64,000 bases of DNA from Tubulanus polymorphus (taxonomy: Eukaryota; Animalia; Nemertea): the NCBI RefSeq assembly GCF_964204645.1, contig NC_134035.1, positions 6,448,001 through 6,512,000 of the forward strand, read 5' to 3'. Positions 62,120 to 64,000 of the stretch are shown one piece after another (within the stretch, counting starts at the first letter, position 1; every line of letters begins with the position of its first letter). The translations under genes and the position numbers were made by a program. Under the pieces are notes generated by a model. It was not told the origin of the DNA. It made no database searches and was given only the letters and a program-made list of their open reading frames with translations.

Positions 62120-64000
62120 ATTCTTTTTCACACTGGATCTTACTGAAAGGATATAAATAACTGCAACCTACTTTCACTGTCGTTGAAACCATTCGGTATC
62201 ACAAGTACTAAGCTGCATTGACAAATACTGTATATGATATTAATCAGAATTGCACTGTTTACTCACTGTGAGCCTCTAAACATCGAAATTTAAGCCCGAT
62301 TCAAACAGTATCCATCTACGTATGTGTATTGCCTACGTGTCATTCCCACAGCGCGTCAGTGCGTCTGTTTGTGTCAGTGTCCATATAAGCAGTGATAGAG
62401 CTGGTGTACTAGATCTGTAGTTTTTTAGTATCTTTATATATATATGTGGCGCACTGAATGAGGTCAGTCTCGAGTGAACGCAACTGAGGAATTTTTGTGC
62501 CGCATATACAAGCAATAGCCCTTGCAGTAACTTCCCTGGATAGAGCTAATGAATGCAGCTACGGTATCTATACGCGAGAGCCTGGATGGCTATATTCTGT
62601 TAGCATTACAATATTCCTTGACGGATTTACTTGAAACTTTCGTGAGATGTACGGAACACAGGTACCTCCAGGTAAGTCGAGGGGATCTTAGATCGTTCAC
62701 CCACAAGGGGGTGTTTTACATTTGAAAGTTCTGACATCAAAAAGTAACTGTGTGAGAAAATTTTTTGTCTTTGACTTTTCAGCTTCGGGTGAGCACGAAA
62801 GTTGTTCATAACAGGCCGGAGGTTAAAAAAGTGAATGGCACGCCCTATCTGCGATTAATCGTTTGGGCTCTACGGGCTAGAAAATGGGCCCCCAAAATTT
62901 TCAATGAGATTTTTGCTCCTAGCTCCTTAACCGTTGGAGATAGAATCGTGGTTGCAATGAGTGATCAGTACCCCTAGCGAAGACGCTTTTATTGATGTAT
63001 GGTATAACTATGTAACTCATATGGTTCTCCAGTAGCGCCACCTATAAGACGCTGGAATACGCATTTTCATCTATATCGACTAAGGGTATCAATGGATTTC
63101 TATAAAAATTGATACACATGTACCTGGTTACAAAACGAAGCGAACCCCTCATATGATTAGTTCCCATTTTAACCACTAGGGGGCGTAAATTTTGAAAAAT
63201 CGATTTCAGCATCCATTTTTTCGCATTTAATGCGGTCTGTTTATTATGAAAATAACTACCGACCACTTGGGCATGGTCAAAGTACCGTATCTTCGTTATT
63301 CTCGTTGTCATTTCCCCTTACCTTGGTACATTAGAACTTTTCGCGTAGTATCCCATGTGAATCAACATAGCCATGTTATCAGCTGACCCCTAGGTTGCGC
63401 TCCTCGTCCAGCAAGGCAGAAACCCGTTATCGCTGCTTTGCAGCTATATTTATTATTTTTTTTCCCTTTTCCACACAGTTTTTGTTAAAAGTGTAAAGGC
63501 TTCCTTACCTTACCGCTGTCGCCGATACAATCCGCATGATATCCTTCAGCTCACTTCAATCTCCAGATACTGCATGGGAATGTTGATAGATCCACGTTAT
63601 AAAGGCACTGTCGAGCCGTAAACATCGTAAATTTGGCTCCGTTCAATTAGTAGCCATCTTGTGTTTTCGCTCCGAAATTTCTCTCTTCTTCATAAGGAAG
63701 AGCTATCGAATTATTCCCTCTCTTCTCCACAATCAATTTCAAAGTCAATTTTATGAATTTATTGCTCAGCGGGTCCGAGTCCAAGAGTTTACGAGTCCGG
63801 CGCTGGTGTAAATGCTAGTTCCCCAGCCAGCCTGCCGATACAACAACCAGCCGGTTACAGATGGCGGAGAACCGGATTTACCTTCACAGATCGACGGTTA
63901 CAGATGGTGGAGAACCCAAATGTAAGTCCTCGTGACTTACACAAGTACAGATGAAGCTGTTAAACTATTGGTTGTGACTGGAACGTTGACCTCACGAGAA

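Larger units (their letters stand above)
47965..63640 (+). repeat. Head-to-tail array of Helentron/HINE-like non-autonomous elements
   Basis: 3'-end signature GCAGAAA(A)CCCGTTATCGCTGCTTTGCAGCTATATTT at ~48320, 50899, 54897, 57514, 61936, 63416; long shared blocks 48350-50930 / 50935-51890 / 54925-57545 and 57780-58265+60653-61970 / 62040-63450. Confidence 0.75.

Overview
AT-rich eukaryotic genomic DNA, probably from a marine invertebrate (inferred from gene and repeat content). Left half (~4.6-28.7 kb): one multi-exon + strand gene encoding a GDNF-family-receptor-alpha-like protein (Gfrl type). It has four GFRa/GAS1 Cys-rich domains, a RECK-like Cys-rich and C-terminal module, and a GPI-type tail. 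I traced 14 phase-compatible exons; the signal-peptide exon is unresolved. Its introns hold MITEs, Helentron-like non-autonomous elements, a TSD-flanked Penelope-type hammerhead ribozyme insertion and a Polinton-like AT-rich island. Middle (~29.9-48 kb): a decayed Polinton/Maverick (adintovirus-like) element broken by a Gmr1-clade Gypsy element and a near-intact BEL/Pao element. The main finding is that its protein-primed family B DNA polymerase carries a ~350-aa intein with a LAGLIDADG endonuclease, inserted in the catalytic YFD^TDS motif (pol-c site, as in Mimivirus and archaeal PolB). Its small ORFs also share a T-run-ATAAATG start motif resembling the poxvirus late promoter. Right part (~48-64 kb): a head-to-tail array of Helentron-like elements with nested satellites, MITEs, a twin-hammerhead foldback and a probable solo LTR. 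All family assignments come from motif recognition by eye; no searches were run.
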